Assembly (NCBI GenBank): GCA_964291315.2
Contig: OZ219753.1
Location: 768,001-832,000 of the forward strand
DNA: 64,000 bases
Source: Candidatus Poribacteria bacterium
GTDB lineage: Bacteria; Poribacteria; WGA-4E; WGA-3G
Reading direction: 5' to 3'
This document shows positions 14,824 through 23,709 of the stretch, piece by piece; the first letter of the stretch is position 1; every line of letters starts with the position of its first letter. The notes beneath the pieces were generated by a model. The model worked only from the letters and a program-made list of their open reading frames with translations. It searched no databases and was not told where the DNA came from. The position numbers and the translations under genes are program-made.

Positions 14824-17271
14824 GTGAAACAATTTAGATCGGTAATGTTGATTGTTCTGATAATGGTTGGGTGTGTGTTAGGGGCAGATGTTGAAAGCGA
14901 TCAAAAAGCGTCGGCGTTATCGTCGGAGGAAAATCGGTTCGATCTCAACAGAGACGGTGAGCTGAGTGCTGAAGAAGATGGGCTTATGTTTCGGGTTACA
15001 AGTCTGGAGGCGCTCATCGGGGATACCCTCAGTTCTGAAGAGATTGCGCGGATGGAGGTTACGGGTCAGCCGGAGGGAGGCTTTGGTGGCAGGGGTCGTG
15101 GTCGGGGTCCTAGGCTTGCAGAGAAGCTGGTTGAACGGTTCGATAAAGATAGTGATGGAAAATTAACGGGTGCTGAGCGCCAGGCTGCGTTGGATGCGCG
15201 TGAGGGTGGCACTGCTACGCTGCTGAGTGCGTCCAGATTGAATGAGGGTGTTCAGAACGATGTGCAGGCGAGTCTAACTTCTGTGCCGGAAGGTTCCCCG
15301 CTGCTCTACGATGCGGAGACGGTCCGGACGCTCTATCTCCGGTTTCATCATGAGGATTGGTATCAGCAGATGAACGCGTTTTATCGCACGGATATTGAGG
15401 TTCCGGCTGAATTAATTGTGGATGGGGAGGTCTACTCGGACGTAGGGGTGCATTTTCGGGGCACTTCCTCCTATTTCACGGTTGATTCGGAAAAGAAGTC
15501 CTTTAATATTGCGGTTGATTACGGTGAAGCTGGTCAGCGTCTCTATGGTTACAAGACGCTGAACCTGCTGAACGGGCATGTTGATGCTTCTTTTCTGCGC
15601 GAGGTTCTCTACAATCGGATATCCCGCGCGTATATGCCGGCGATGAAAACGAACTTTGTGAAATTGGTCGTTAATGGTGAAAACTGGGGTGTTTATATCA
15701 ATCTTCAGCAGTATAATAAAGATTTTCTTGCGGAGTGGTTTGGCACAAAAGGTGGTGTGCGTTGGAAAGTGGGTCCTGGTAGCGGTGGTGCGTTGAATTA
15801 TAACGGTGAGGATCCTGCAGCGTATCGAGAGACGTACCAGCTGAAGACGCGCAATGTTGAGGATCCCTGGTCGGGTCTCATCGCGCTCTGTCGAATGCTG
15901 AGCGATGAAACGTCTGATGAGGTGCTGGTGCAGGGTCTTCCGTCTTTACTGAACGTGGATCAGGTGTTGTGGCAGCTTGCTGTATCAAATGTGTTCATGG
16001 ATGATGATGGTTACATCCACAAGGGCGGGGATTACGCGATTTATCAGGATGTGAAGGGTAGGTTCCATCTTATACCGCATGACAACAATGAGAGTATCAG
16101 GTTCGCGCGTGGGGGTCGCGGTGGTCCTGGTGGTCGCGGTGGTCGCGGCGGTCCGGGTAACTGGTCTTGGGGCGAGCTCACGGATGGCATGATCTCGCCG
16201 GTGACGCATGAAGGCGACTCAGCTCGTCCTCTTATTAAACGGCTGCTTTCACATCCGGAGTGGCGGGCCCGTTATCTTGCGCATGTGCGCACTGTTGTAG
16301 ATGAATGGCTTGATTGGGAAGTACTGGGTCCGGTTGTTGAAGGATACATGGCGCTCATAGATGCGGATGTCGAAAAAGACGATAAAAAACTTTACGGATA
16401 CGAGGAGTTTGCCGGTCAGGCGTTGCCGGGTCTTAGGGATTTTATCACTCGTCGTCGTGAATATCTGTTGGGTCATCCGGAGTTGAATAGGCCGACCCTG
16501 AAAATTCTCTCAGTGGCTGTCGAACCTGAAACCGCTCCGATAGCGGATACGTCTGTGCGCGTTAGGGCAGTTCTTGACGAGTCTGTTGGGGTTGACTCGG
16601 TTTTGTTGCATTACAGTGCTCAACGGTATTCTGTTTTTAATCGTGTGCGGATGACACAGTTGAGCGATAAGAGTTTTGTTGGTACAATCCCTGCGTTTTC
16701 AGCGGGAACGCTGGTTTACTATTATGTTGAGGCGAATGCGGTGGGGACTCATGGCACCTCGGTTTTTTCGCCGGTGCGTGCGGAGTTGGGTGCTGCGCAG
16801 TATCGGGCGCGTGTGCCTATGGCGGTAAAGGGGCCTGTTGTCATCAATGAGCTGATGGCGGCTAACACGGGTAGCGTGACGGATCCGCAGGGGCAATACG
16901 AGGATTGGCTTGAGCTGTACAACGTGACGGACGCTGTTGTAAGTCTGTCTGGGATGTATTTAACGGATAAAATGGACAATCCGAAAAAGTGGGCGTTTCC
17001 GGAGGGTACGGCGATTCCTGCGCGGGGGTATCTGCTTGTGTGGTTAGATGAGGACGGTAGAGCTGAAGCTGGTCTCCATGCGAATTTTAAGTTGTCGCGT
17101 GGCGGTGAAACTGTGGCTCTCATTGATAGCGATACACGCGGTAATCAGGTGCTTGATAGTGTGACGTTTGAAAAGCAGGAGGCGGATGTTGCTCTCGGCA
17201 GGTGGCCGAATGGGAGCGGGGAGCTGAGACGTGTGGAGACTACCCCCGGTAAGGAAAATAGGTATCGTTAA
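14824..17271 (+). CDS. CotH kinase family protein with EF-hand-like motifs and a C-terminal lamin-tail domain
   Basis: GVHFRGTSS..KKSF, FLREVL, VNGENWGVY and IPHDNN; DLNRDGELS and DKDSDGKLT; VVINELMA..DWLELYN..NFKLSRGGE. Confidence 0.88.
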   Translation: MKQFRSVMLIVLIMVGCVLGADVESDQKASALSSEENRFDLNRDGELSAEEDGLMFRVTSLEALIGDTLSSEEIARMEVTGQPEGGFGGRGRGRGPRLAEKLVERFDKDSDGKLTGAERQAALDAREGGTATLLSASRLNEGVQNDVQASLTSVPEGSPLLYDAETVRTLYLRFHHEDWYQQMNAFYRTDIEVPAELIVDGEVYSDVGVHFRGTSSYFTVDSEKKSFNIAVDYGEAGQRLYGYKTLNLLNGHVDASFLREVLYNRISRAYMPAMKTNFVKLVVNGENWGVYINLQQYNKDFLAEWFGTKGGVRWKVGPGSGGALNYNGEDPAAYRETYQLKTRNVEDPWSGLIALCRMLSDETSDEVLVQGLPSLLNVDQVLWQLAVSNVFMDDDGYIHKGGDYAIYQDVKGRFHLIPHDNNESIRFARGGRGGPGGRGGRGGPGNWSWGELTDGMISPVTHEGDSARPLIKRLLSHPEWRARYLAHVRTVVDEWLDWEVLGPVVEGYMALIDADVEKDDKKLYGYEEFAGQALPGLRDFITRRREYLLGHPELNRPTLKILSVAVEPETAPIADTSVRVRAVLDESVGVDSVLLHYSAQRYSVFNRVRMTQLSDKSFVGTIPAFSAGTLVYYYVEANAVGTHGTSVFSPVRAELGAAQYRARVPMAVKGPVVINELMAANTGSVTDPQGQYEDWLELYNVTDAVVSLSGMYLTDKMDNPKKWAFPEGTAIPARGYLLVWLDEDGRAEAGLHANFKLSRGGETVALIDSDTRGNQVLDSVTFEKQEADVALGRWPNGSGELRRVETTPGKENRYR

Positions 17272-17276
17272 AAACC

Positions 17277-17303
17277 GAACCTTTTGTTTTCTGTTTAGTC
17301 TAA
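17277..17303 (+). promoter_or_regulatory. ECF (RpoE-like) promoter, probably autoregulatory
   Basis: GAACCT-N16-TCTAA upstream of the ECF sigma gene. Confidence 0.5.
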
Positions 17304-17454
17304 TGAAGTAGCGGGTGGTTTATCGGTTATCGGCGGTTGTTTAAGGGTTTGTAGTGGCTGGTAAAGACGATTGGCGCTGGGATACCGGTACGGCCTCCTG
17401 CTAATTGAGGTATGACATTTATAGAGAGCATTTTTTTATATTTGGAGAAAAAGT

Positions 17455-18075
17455 ATGTCCGTTGCAACACTTACAGCTGCTATGGAAAATTGTACGGAGA
17501 TGGGAGACACAGCAGAATTAGATCGGGTGCAAGAGCAAGAGTTGGTTTTGCGCTGTCAGCAGGGCGATGTTGATGCGATGGAAATTCTTGTTGTTCGTTA
17601 TCAAGATTGGGTTTACAACATTGCGTATGGTCTTTTGGGTCATCACCATGATGCGGAGGATGTTTCGCAGGATGTGTTTCTTTCTGTGTGGGAGAATATA
17701 GGGAAATTTGAGTTTCGTTCTCGTTTTTCCACGTGGCTTTACCGCGTTGTGAAAAACAAGTGTCTTAATCAGATGGATCGGTATCAGCGTCGGAAAACGG
17801 ATCCGATGGAGATTGATGATTCGCAGTCGTGGGTTCCGCTGGATATGTTGAGTCCTGAGAAGGCGGCGCTGCGTTCGGAAGAGAGAGATATTGTTCATAG
17901 GGCCTTAGGGAAGCTTAAAGAGAGTCACAGAGAGATACTGGTGTTGCGTGAGCTGCGGGAGCACACTTACGAAGAGATTTCTGAAATTTTGGGTTGTACG
18001 CTTGGTCGGGTCAAGTCTCGGTTGCATGAGGCTCGGCAGGCGCTGAAAACAGAATTGGAGCGGTTTGAGTGGTAG
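17455..18075 (+). CDS. ECF RNA polymerase sigma factor (RpoE-like)
   Basis: DAEDVSQDVF, FSTWLYRV, YEEISEILGCTLGRVKSRLHEAR. Confidence 0.92.
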   Translation: MSVATLTAAMENCTEMGDTAELDRVQEQELVLRCQQGDVDAMEILVVRYQDWVYNIAYGLLGHHHDAEDVSQDVFLSVWENIGKFEFRSRFSTWLYRVVKNKCLNQMDRYQRRKTDPMEIDDSQSWVPLDMLSPEKAALRSEERDIVHRALGKLKESHREILVLRELREHTYEEISEILGCTLGRVKSRLHEARQALKTELERFEW

Positions 18076-18107
18076 TTCCGTTTTGCTGCCACGTTGGATT
18101 TGAAGAC

Positions 18108-18881
18108 ATGGATCATCAAAGTATTGAGAAGGAATTATCGGCTTATTTAGATGGGGAATTAGCGCCTGTGGTGCGTGAGCGGTTGGAAGCGCATGTGGGT
18201 TCTTGCGTTGAGTGTGCTGATATGCTGTCGGTGTTGGAAAAGAATCGTCGGTTGATTGCTGGTCTCTCAAGTGCTGTGCCGTCGAGGTTGAAGGATAGCG
18301 TGATGGCGGAGATCCATGCGCGGTTTCAAGATGAATTATCGGCTTATTTAGATGGGGAATTAGCGCCTGTGGTGCGTGAGCGATTGGAAGCGCATCTCCG
18401 CTGCTGCGATGCATGTTCTGCGCAGCTTGCTGGTTTTCGGCGGAATCGTGAGCGGATCAAAGGGCTTGAGCGTCGTGCGCCGTCATCTATTCAGAGGGGC
18501 GTAATGGCGCGTATAGGTGATCAGGTGCCGGGTGTGAGCGGGGAGGTGGCTGTTCGTCTTTTACGGCTGCCGGCTATTGGTGGCCGGCTATTGGATATTG
18601 GGCGCTGGTTCCTCCGTCCTGTTACGGCGGGTGCGACCGGTATCTTGACGCTTGCGCTGGTTTTAGGTGCGTTCTACTTTTATCCGTCCGGTTCTCACTA
18701 TGAAGAGACGCTGGATTTTTACTTTGGTCTTCATACGGAACAGATAGGTAGCCCGTTTTCAGATGATGAGGCAGCGCCGTTGCCGTTGCCTGGACAGGAC
18801 GGGGATACCGAGATGTTTCTGAATCTGTATCTGGAAAATGTGGGCATTGGCAATTTTTCCCAACAGTTAACTGGTAGATGA
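18108..18881 (+). CDS. Anti-sigma factor with two zinc-finger (zf-HC2/ZAS) domains and one TM helix
   Basis: Two ELSAYLDGEL...HxxxCxxC units; 63-bp near-identical repeat at 18132-18194 and 18333-18395. Confidence 0.85.
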   Translation: MDHQSIEKELSAYLDGELAPVVRERLEAHVGSCVECADMLSVLEKNRRLIAGLSSAVPSRLKDSVMAEIHARFQDELSAYLDGELAPVVRERLEAHLRCCDACSAQLAGFRRNRERIKGLERRAPSSIQRGVMARIGDQVPGVSGEVAVRLLRLPAIGGRLLDIGRWFLRPVTAGATGILTLALVLGAFYFYPSGSHYEETLDFYFGLHTEQIGSPFSDDEAAPLPLPGQDGDTEMFLNLYLENVGIGNFSQQLTGR

Positions 18882-18885
18882 ATCG

Positions 18886-19971
18886 ATGCGAATTTATAGC
18901 TATTCAATTTTGTATTATAAAAATTTGAGCGTTTCGTTGTCTCTACTCTTTAGTTTGATGTGTGTGCCGGCTGTGCTTTTTGCGGATTTCGGTACGCTTG
19001 AACGGCTTGCGGAGGCTGAGCGTAAGGTTAGCTATGTAGGTGTGCGCTTGAAGACGGTTAATTCGTCGAGAGGTGTAGGGACCTATGAAGAGATGGTTAT
19101 TCATCAACCGCCGGGTGTTGCGTATGGGATGGAGCTATCTGCGGTGGGCAAGCGTAAGTCGTTTAGGGGTTCCCATGGCGATGAATTGAGTGGTAGTCGT
19201 GGAAGCGATCGGTGGCGTGAGCGTGGCGTCGGTCGCGGGCATATTCGTGAAAAACGGTTGGAGGGTCGTAAGTGGCGCAGGGTCAGGGGTCTATTTTCAG
19301 AGAAGGAGATTGGACTTATTGCGGAGAACTATGATCTAGCGACCTCGGTGTCGACGGAGAAGATAGCGAGTCATGAGACTGATATTTTAACGATTACCCC
19401 GAAGTTTGCTGGCAGGCCGATGCATCGTATTTTTTTTGCGCGCGAAAATGGGGTGATTTTGCGGGTTGAGACCTTTGATGCTGATGATGTTCTCCGGGCG
19501 ATTCTTGTGTATACTCGGATTAGTTTTGATTCTGCGGCTGTGGAGCGTAAATGGCAGTTAGTTCAAGGAGAGCTAATGCCGGAGCGTGAGCAGGGTTACG
19601 CGATTTCGCTTTCTGAGGCGGGTAAAATCCTTGAGACTGCGCCTATTCAACCTGCATACCTGCCGCCCGGTTTTCAGCTGCAAGAGATTCATCGCGTAAA
19701 CAATAGAAAGAAGACGATCCATCTGATTTATACGGATGGGTTATTGGGTTTCTCCATATTTGAAACGACCGATAAGCCGCGTCGTCGTAGCAATAGGCGC
19801 AGAGAAGAGCCGAGGGTGATTGAGGGTACGCGCGTGTATACGCATCAGCGTGGTCGGACTCGGACGTTTAGCTGGAGCAGTGCGGATATCCGTTTCTTCT
19901 TGTTCGGTGCGATGCCGGCCGTTGAGATGGAAAAGGTTGTGAGATCTATACTTCAGAACAGAGAGAAATAG
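18886..19971 (+). CDS. MucB/RseB-like periplasmic sigma-E regulator
   Basis: Position after the anti-sigma; ENYDL, YLPPGF and YTDGLLGFSIFE motifs. Confidence 0.75.
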   Translation: MRIYSYSILYYKNLSVSLSLLFSLMCVPAVLFADFGTLERLAEAERKVSYVGVRLKTVNSSRGVGTYEEMVIHQPPGVAYGMELSAVGKRKSFRGSHGDELSGSRGSDRWRERGVGRGHIREKRLEGRKWRRVRGLFSEKEIGLIAENYDLATSVSTEKIASHETDILTITPKFAGRPMHRIFFARENGVILRVETFDADDVLRAILVYTRISFDSAAVERKWQLVQGELMPEREQGYAISLSEAGKILETAPIQPAYLPPGFQLQEIHRVNNRKKTIHLIYTDGLLGFSIFETTDKPRRRSNRRREEPRVIEGTRVYTHQRGRTRTFSWSSADIRFFLFGAMPAVEMEKVVRSILQNREK

Positions 19972-19981
19972 GGAGTGAAAA

Positions 19982-20791
19982 ATGCAGATATTCAATGCTG
20001 TTATGTTGGGTGTTATTTTGACAGGGTTGTTCACGGTTAACAGTGTGGGTGCTGACAGTGCGAAGGCGGCTCTTGAAGCGTCGCCGCGCCACGGCGAGTG
20101 GGTGAAAGTGCCGGGTGCGGATGGGCGTGTCGTCAACGCGTTTGTGGTTTACCCGGAAGTGAAGGAGCCCGCAACGGCTATTATTGTTATTCATGAGATA
20201 TTTGGACTGACAGACTGGATACGGCTCGTAGCCGATAGACTGGCTGCGGAAGGTTTCGTTGCAATTTGTCCCGACCTGCTTTCTGGTATGGGGCCTGAGG
20301 GTAGCGGCACTGATGGTTTTGCGTCGGGCGATGATGTTCGTCGGTCTATCCGAGAGCTTTCCTCTGCTCAGGTTATGTCGGATCTGGACGCGGTTCAGCG
20401 GTATGCGCGGGAGCTGCCTTCAACAAACGACACAGTAGCGGTTTCGGGGTTCTGTTGGGGCGGTGGTCAAACTTTCAGTTATGCCGTCACGTCTGATACA
20501 ATTGCTGCGGGTTTTGTGTTCTATGGGCGTGCTCCGGCGGTAGCGGATGTGCCTAAGATATCTGTGCCGGTGTATGGTTTCTACGGTGAAAGCGACAACC
20601 GCATCAATGCCACGATTGACGCAACAAAAGCAGCAGCCGATGCTGCAAAGGTCACCTATGAGCCTGTGATCTACGAAGGCGTTGGACACGCTTTCTTGAG
20701 GCGCGGTATGGGAACGGATGCCGACGAAGCACAGAAAACGGCTACTAAGGCAGCGTGGAAACGGTGGGTTTCTCTCCTGAGGGGGCTTTGA
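19982..20791 (+). CDS. Dienelactone hydrolase family protein
   Basis: HEIFGL, GFCWGG nucleophile motif, GHAF; signal peptide. Confidence 0.92.
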   Translation: MQIFNAVMLGVILTGLFTVNSVGADSAKAALEASPRHGEWVKVPGADGRVVNAFVVYPEVKEPATAIIVIHEIFGLTDWIRLVADRLAAEGFVAICPDLLSGMGPEGSGTDGFASGDDVRRSIRELSSAQVMSDLDAVQRYARELPSTNDTVAVSGFCWGGGQTFSYAVTSDTIAAGFVFYGRAPAVADVPKISVPVYGFYGESDNRINATIDATKAAADAAKVTYEPVIYEGVGHAFLRRGMGTDADEAQKTATKAAWKRWVSLLRGL

Positions 20792-20838
20792 ACTTGCGGT
20801 GTCGTGCGTGCGCAGCTGTCTAGATGATTATCGGGTGT

Positions 20839-23646
20839 TCAAGTTGTAGGAGTTACTTCGGATGGGAGGTTCTCAATGATTTTGGCGGATTCAACGCTCA
20901 TATAGACGATGCGTTCTATGGCGGTGATGAGGTCGCGGGGGTTGTCAAACCAACCGTTTGGGTCGTTGAGAATGCGGTTGTTGTTTTCTGGGAGCTTAAT
21001 GAGATACCGGTTCATAAACCACTCTAGCGGTGTTCTGCCGTTAACGACATATTGGTGTGCCTCTTTTGGGATCCCGGCTAATTGGAGATGCTCGTTGATG
21101 ATGAGCGTCTTCTTTGTTTTTTTGTCGGCAAACCGCATCGCGCGTGTGCCTAACCGAAAATGCTTTGGCTGCTCCGCTCCCGGAAGGAGGGAGGGCGTGA
21201 CGGGTTCAACTTTAATATTAGGATACCTTTTGCACGTTTCATAATTGAGGTGCAGTTTTGCGAGTGCTTTCCCCGCTTCAGCAAAAGCACGGAAGTCTGG
21301 GGCATACGGGATGCGCGGCAGCATTTTGGATAAATCGTTTGCGAATCGTTCGGAATAATTGCGTGCATGCAGAATGCCGTAGGCGTAGTCGAAGATGTCG
21401 TCTTTTGTGAGCGTATCGTCTTTGTAATGCTGCTGAAAGGCGTGCAGGGCGGTGTCTGAAATGTTGTCTACGCGCTCGGGTTGGCATGCGCCTGTTATCT
21501 GCTGTGTCTCTGAGGGTTTTGGGTATCGCCACCGTGGGAAACATTGCGTTCCGGCTTCGTTAAGGTTAAGGTCTGTCATTACATCGGTTATTAGAACGGA
21601 AAAGTGGGTTTTCCATCCCTTGCCGGGGACACAAATGACCCGGTTTTCACTTGAATCTTCGGGGAACATTCTATCTATTTGCCCTTTTACAGTAATAAAG
21701 GTGTAATCCGCGTAAAAATGAGTGGCAATGAAAGGGCGATACATACATCTCCTGATATACTTAGCATCGAAGGCGGTTTCTGTCTGCCTTTTCAAGTTAT
21801 TCTTGAGTTCTCTATTCCATTTGACATTTTCTGTGTAGTGTTCCACCACTTGATCTACTGTGCGTTGGGGGTTCTCCGAAAATTCGCGAAGCGCGGATAG
21901 ATAGTCTTGTGTCATCTGCAGCGCGTTTTTGGCGAGAGTATCGCGTGAAAAATTGTAGACGTATGCGTCTCGGTTTGTTGACACCCCTAACGAATACATT
22001 TGAAATATAGCATTATCTGCTTTCCCTTTTTTTGCTTCCTCAGTGCCCATCGGATAGAATTCAGTAAATACGTCGTTGCGTTGTCGGATCCAATCGTGGT
22101 GTGCGTCGGGTTTGATAAGTTGCCAATCCGTAAATCCTGATATTGATTTTGCCTGTTGCAGTTTCTCCAATTTTTCTTTACGTTTGAGGTTCCGGCCTAT
22201 ATCTCGGTAATAGATACGGCATTCGTTATTTGGGGCGTTTGCGTTCTTAATCAGGATTGTAATTGCAACGGGCGATTGGGTTGCGCCTCCAAAGACTCCT
22301 TCTCCTTCGTGTTGCCCCTGCTGTCCATATACTGTGGCATCCCCGAGTAGGTTCAAAGCGTAAATAGAGCTGAATTCCTTTGGTAAGTATGCACGGAATC
22401 CTTGACTTGTGGGTCTGTCGATCCAGGAAGCAGGTGTAACGAATGCGACAATTCCATTTTTCTGTTCATGAATTCTATCGGAAGCCCATCGGATTGCCAT
22501 CTTATATAAGTTATAGAGGTGTCTAACAAGTTTTGTGTTAGCGTGAGCTGCATAGGTTGATTTGATTCGTTCTTCAAGCTCAGGGTATCTAGCATTAGGG
22601 TTATCGTCCGCGGCATTTTTTTGTCCTGCTGACCAGGGCGGATTGCCGATGATCACTTGGATGGGGAGCTGCTGTTGGTGCTCGGCGCGCTGGTTGTTTT
22701 CTGCCATAAGGTCTTTCGGGAAGAGAGTGGGGTCTTCTGTTTTGTTTAGGTTGAAGGTGTCGGTCAGCACAATGCCGTCAAAAGGTTCGTAGCGGCTATC
22801 GCCGCCGCGCTGTGTGCGGAAGGCTTCTTCGATGTTGACAGAGGCGATGTAGTAGGCGAGCAGGAGGATTTCGTTTGCGTGGAGTTCTGTGCGGTATTTG
22901 CGTTCCAGATCTTGTGGCTGGATGAGCCCGGATTGCAGCAGCTGCACCAGGAAGGTGCCGGTGCCGGTGAACGGGTCGAGGATATGCACGCCTTCGTCGC
23001 TGATCGTTTTTCCGAATTCTGTTTTTAGTACCTCATTGACGGTATGCAGGACGAAATCCACAACGGGTATGGGTGTGTAGGCGATCCCGAGTCGTTCAGA
23101 CTCTTTTTTGAGTGCCTTCTTGAAAAGTTGTTCGTAGAGGTCTGATAAGACGGTTTGTCGTCCTGCGGTGCTGTTGAGTCCGCTGACGCGGGTTCGGACG
23201 CTGTCATAGAAGGGTTGCAAGTCTTGTGTTTCGCTGCCGAGTCCGAATGTTGCGAACTGCTTTTCTAGGGCGTCTAGGGTCTGAGCGACGGGGTTGCCTG
23301 CTGAGAAGTCGTAGTCTACGAAAAGTGCGTCGAAGACGGGACTGGTTAGGATGTGCTGCGCGATCATATCGATGGCGTTTTCGCGGGTAATTGCGGTGTT
23401 AATGGTCTCTTTAAGTTCTGTATAGAAGTTTTCGAATTGTTGGTTGAGGGTGCTATTTTCGGGGTTTTTCAGGAGGTTCACGATTCGGTCGACGAGTCGG
23501 GTGAAGATGTGTGCGACATCCTTTTCTGATATGCCGAAGCTAGCGGCTTTGTAGTCGGCGAGTTCCCCGAGTTCAACTTGGAAGCCGGGGCTGGTCTGCT
23601 GACTTCTGGTTTGGAGGTCTAGATAGTTTTGTGTTGCGTTTGGCAT
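20839..23646 (-). CDS. Type ISP-derived N6-adenine methyltransferase plus TRD lacking nuclease and helicase (deletion derivative)
   Basis: DPFTGTG, NPPW and Type ISP C-terminal domain; the N-terminus is stitched from three pieces of the upstream copy. Confidence 0.85.
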   Translation of the reverse strand: MPNATQNYLDLQTRSQQTSPGFQVELGELADYKAASFGISEKDVAHIFTRLVDRIVNLLKNPENSTLNQQFENFYTELKETINTAITRENAIDMIAQHILTSPVFDALFVDYDFSAGNPVAQTLDALEKQFATFGLGSETQDLQPFYDSVRTRVSGLNSTAGRQTVLSDLYEQLFKKALKKESERLGIAYTPIPVVDFVLHTVNEVLKTEFGKTISDEGVHILDPFTGTGTFLVQLLQSGLIQPQDLERKYRTELHANEILLLAYYIASVNIEEAFRTQRGGDSRYEPFDGIVLTDTFNLNKTEDPTLFPKDLMAENNQRAEHQQQLPIQVIIGNPPWSAGQKNAADDNPNARYPELEERIKSTYAAHANTKLVRHLYNLYKMAIRWASDRIHEQKNGIVAFVTPASWIDRPTSQGFRAYLPKEFSSIYALNLLGDATVYGQQGQHEGEGVFGGATQSPVAITILIKNANAPNNECRIYYRDIGRNLKRKEKLEKLQQAKSISGFTDWQLIKPDAHHDWIRQRNDVFTEFYPMGTEEAKKGKADNAIFQMYSLGVSTNRDAYVYNFSRDTLAKNALQMTQDYLSALREFSENPQRTVDQVVEHYTENVKWNRELKNNLKRQTETAFDAKYIRRCMYRPFIATHFYADYTFITVKGQIDRMFPEDSSENRVICVPGKGWKTHFSVLITDVMTDLNLNEAGTQCFPRWRYPKPSETQQITGACQPERVDNISDTALHAFQQHYKDDTLTKDDIFDYAYGILHARNYSERFANDLSKMLPRIPYAPDFRAFAEAGKALAKLHLNYETCKRYPNIKVEPVTPSLLPGAEQPKHFRLGTRAMRFADKKTKKTLIINEHLQLAGIPKEAHQYVVNGRTPLEWFMNRYLIKLPENNNRILNDPNGWFDNPRDLITAIERIVYMSVESAKIIENLPSEVTPTT

Positions 23647-23709
23647 AGCGGGTTTTCACTTTCCCTGCGGTGCCGCACATCCGCAGCTGTCTAGATGATT
23701 ATCGGGTGT

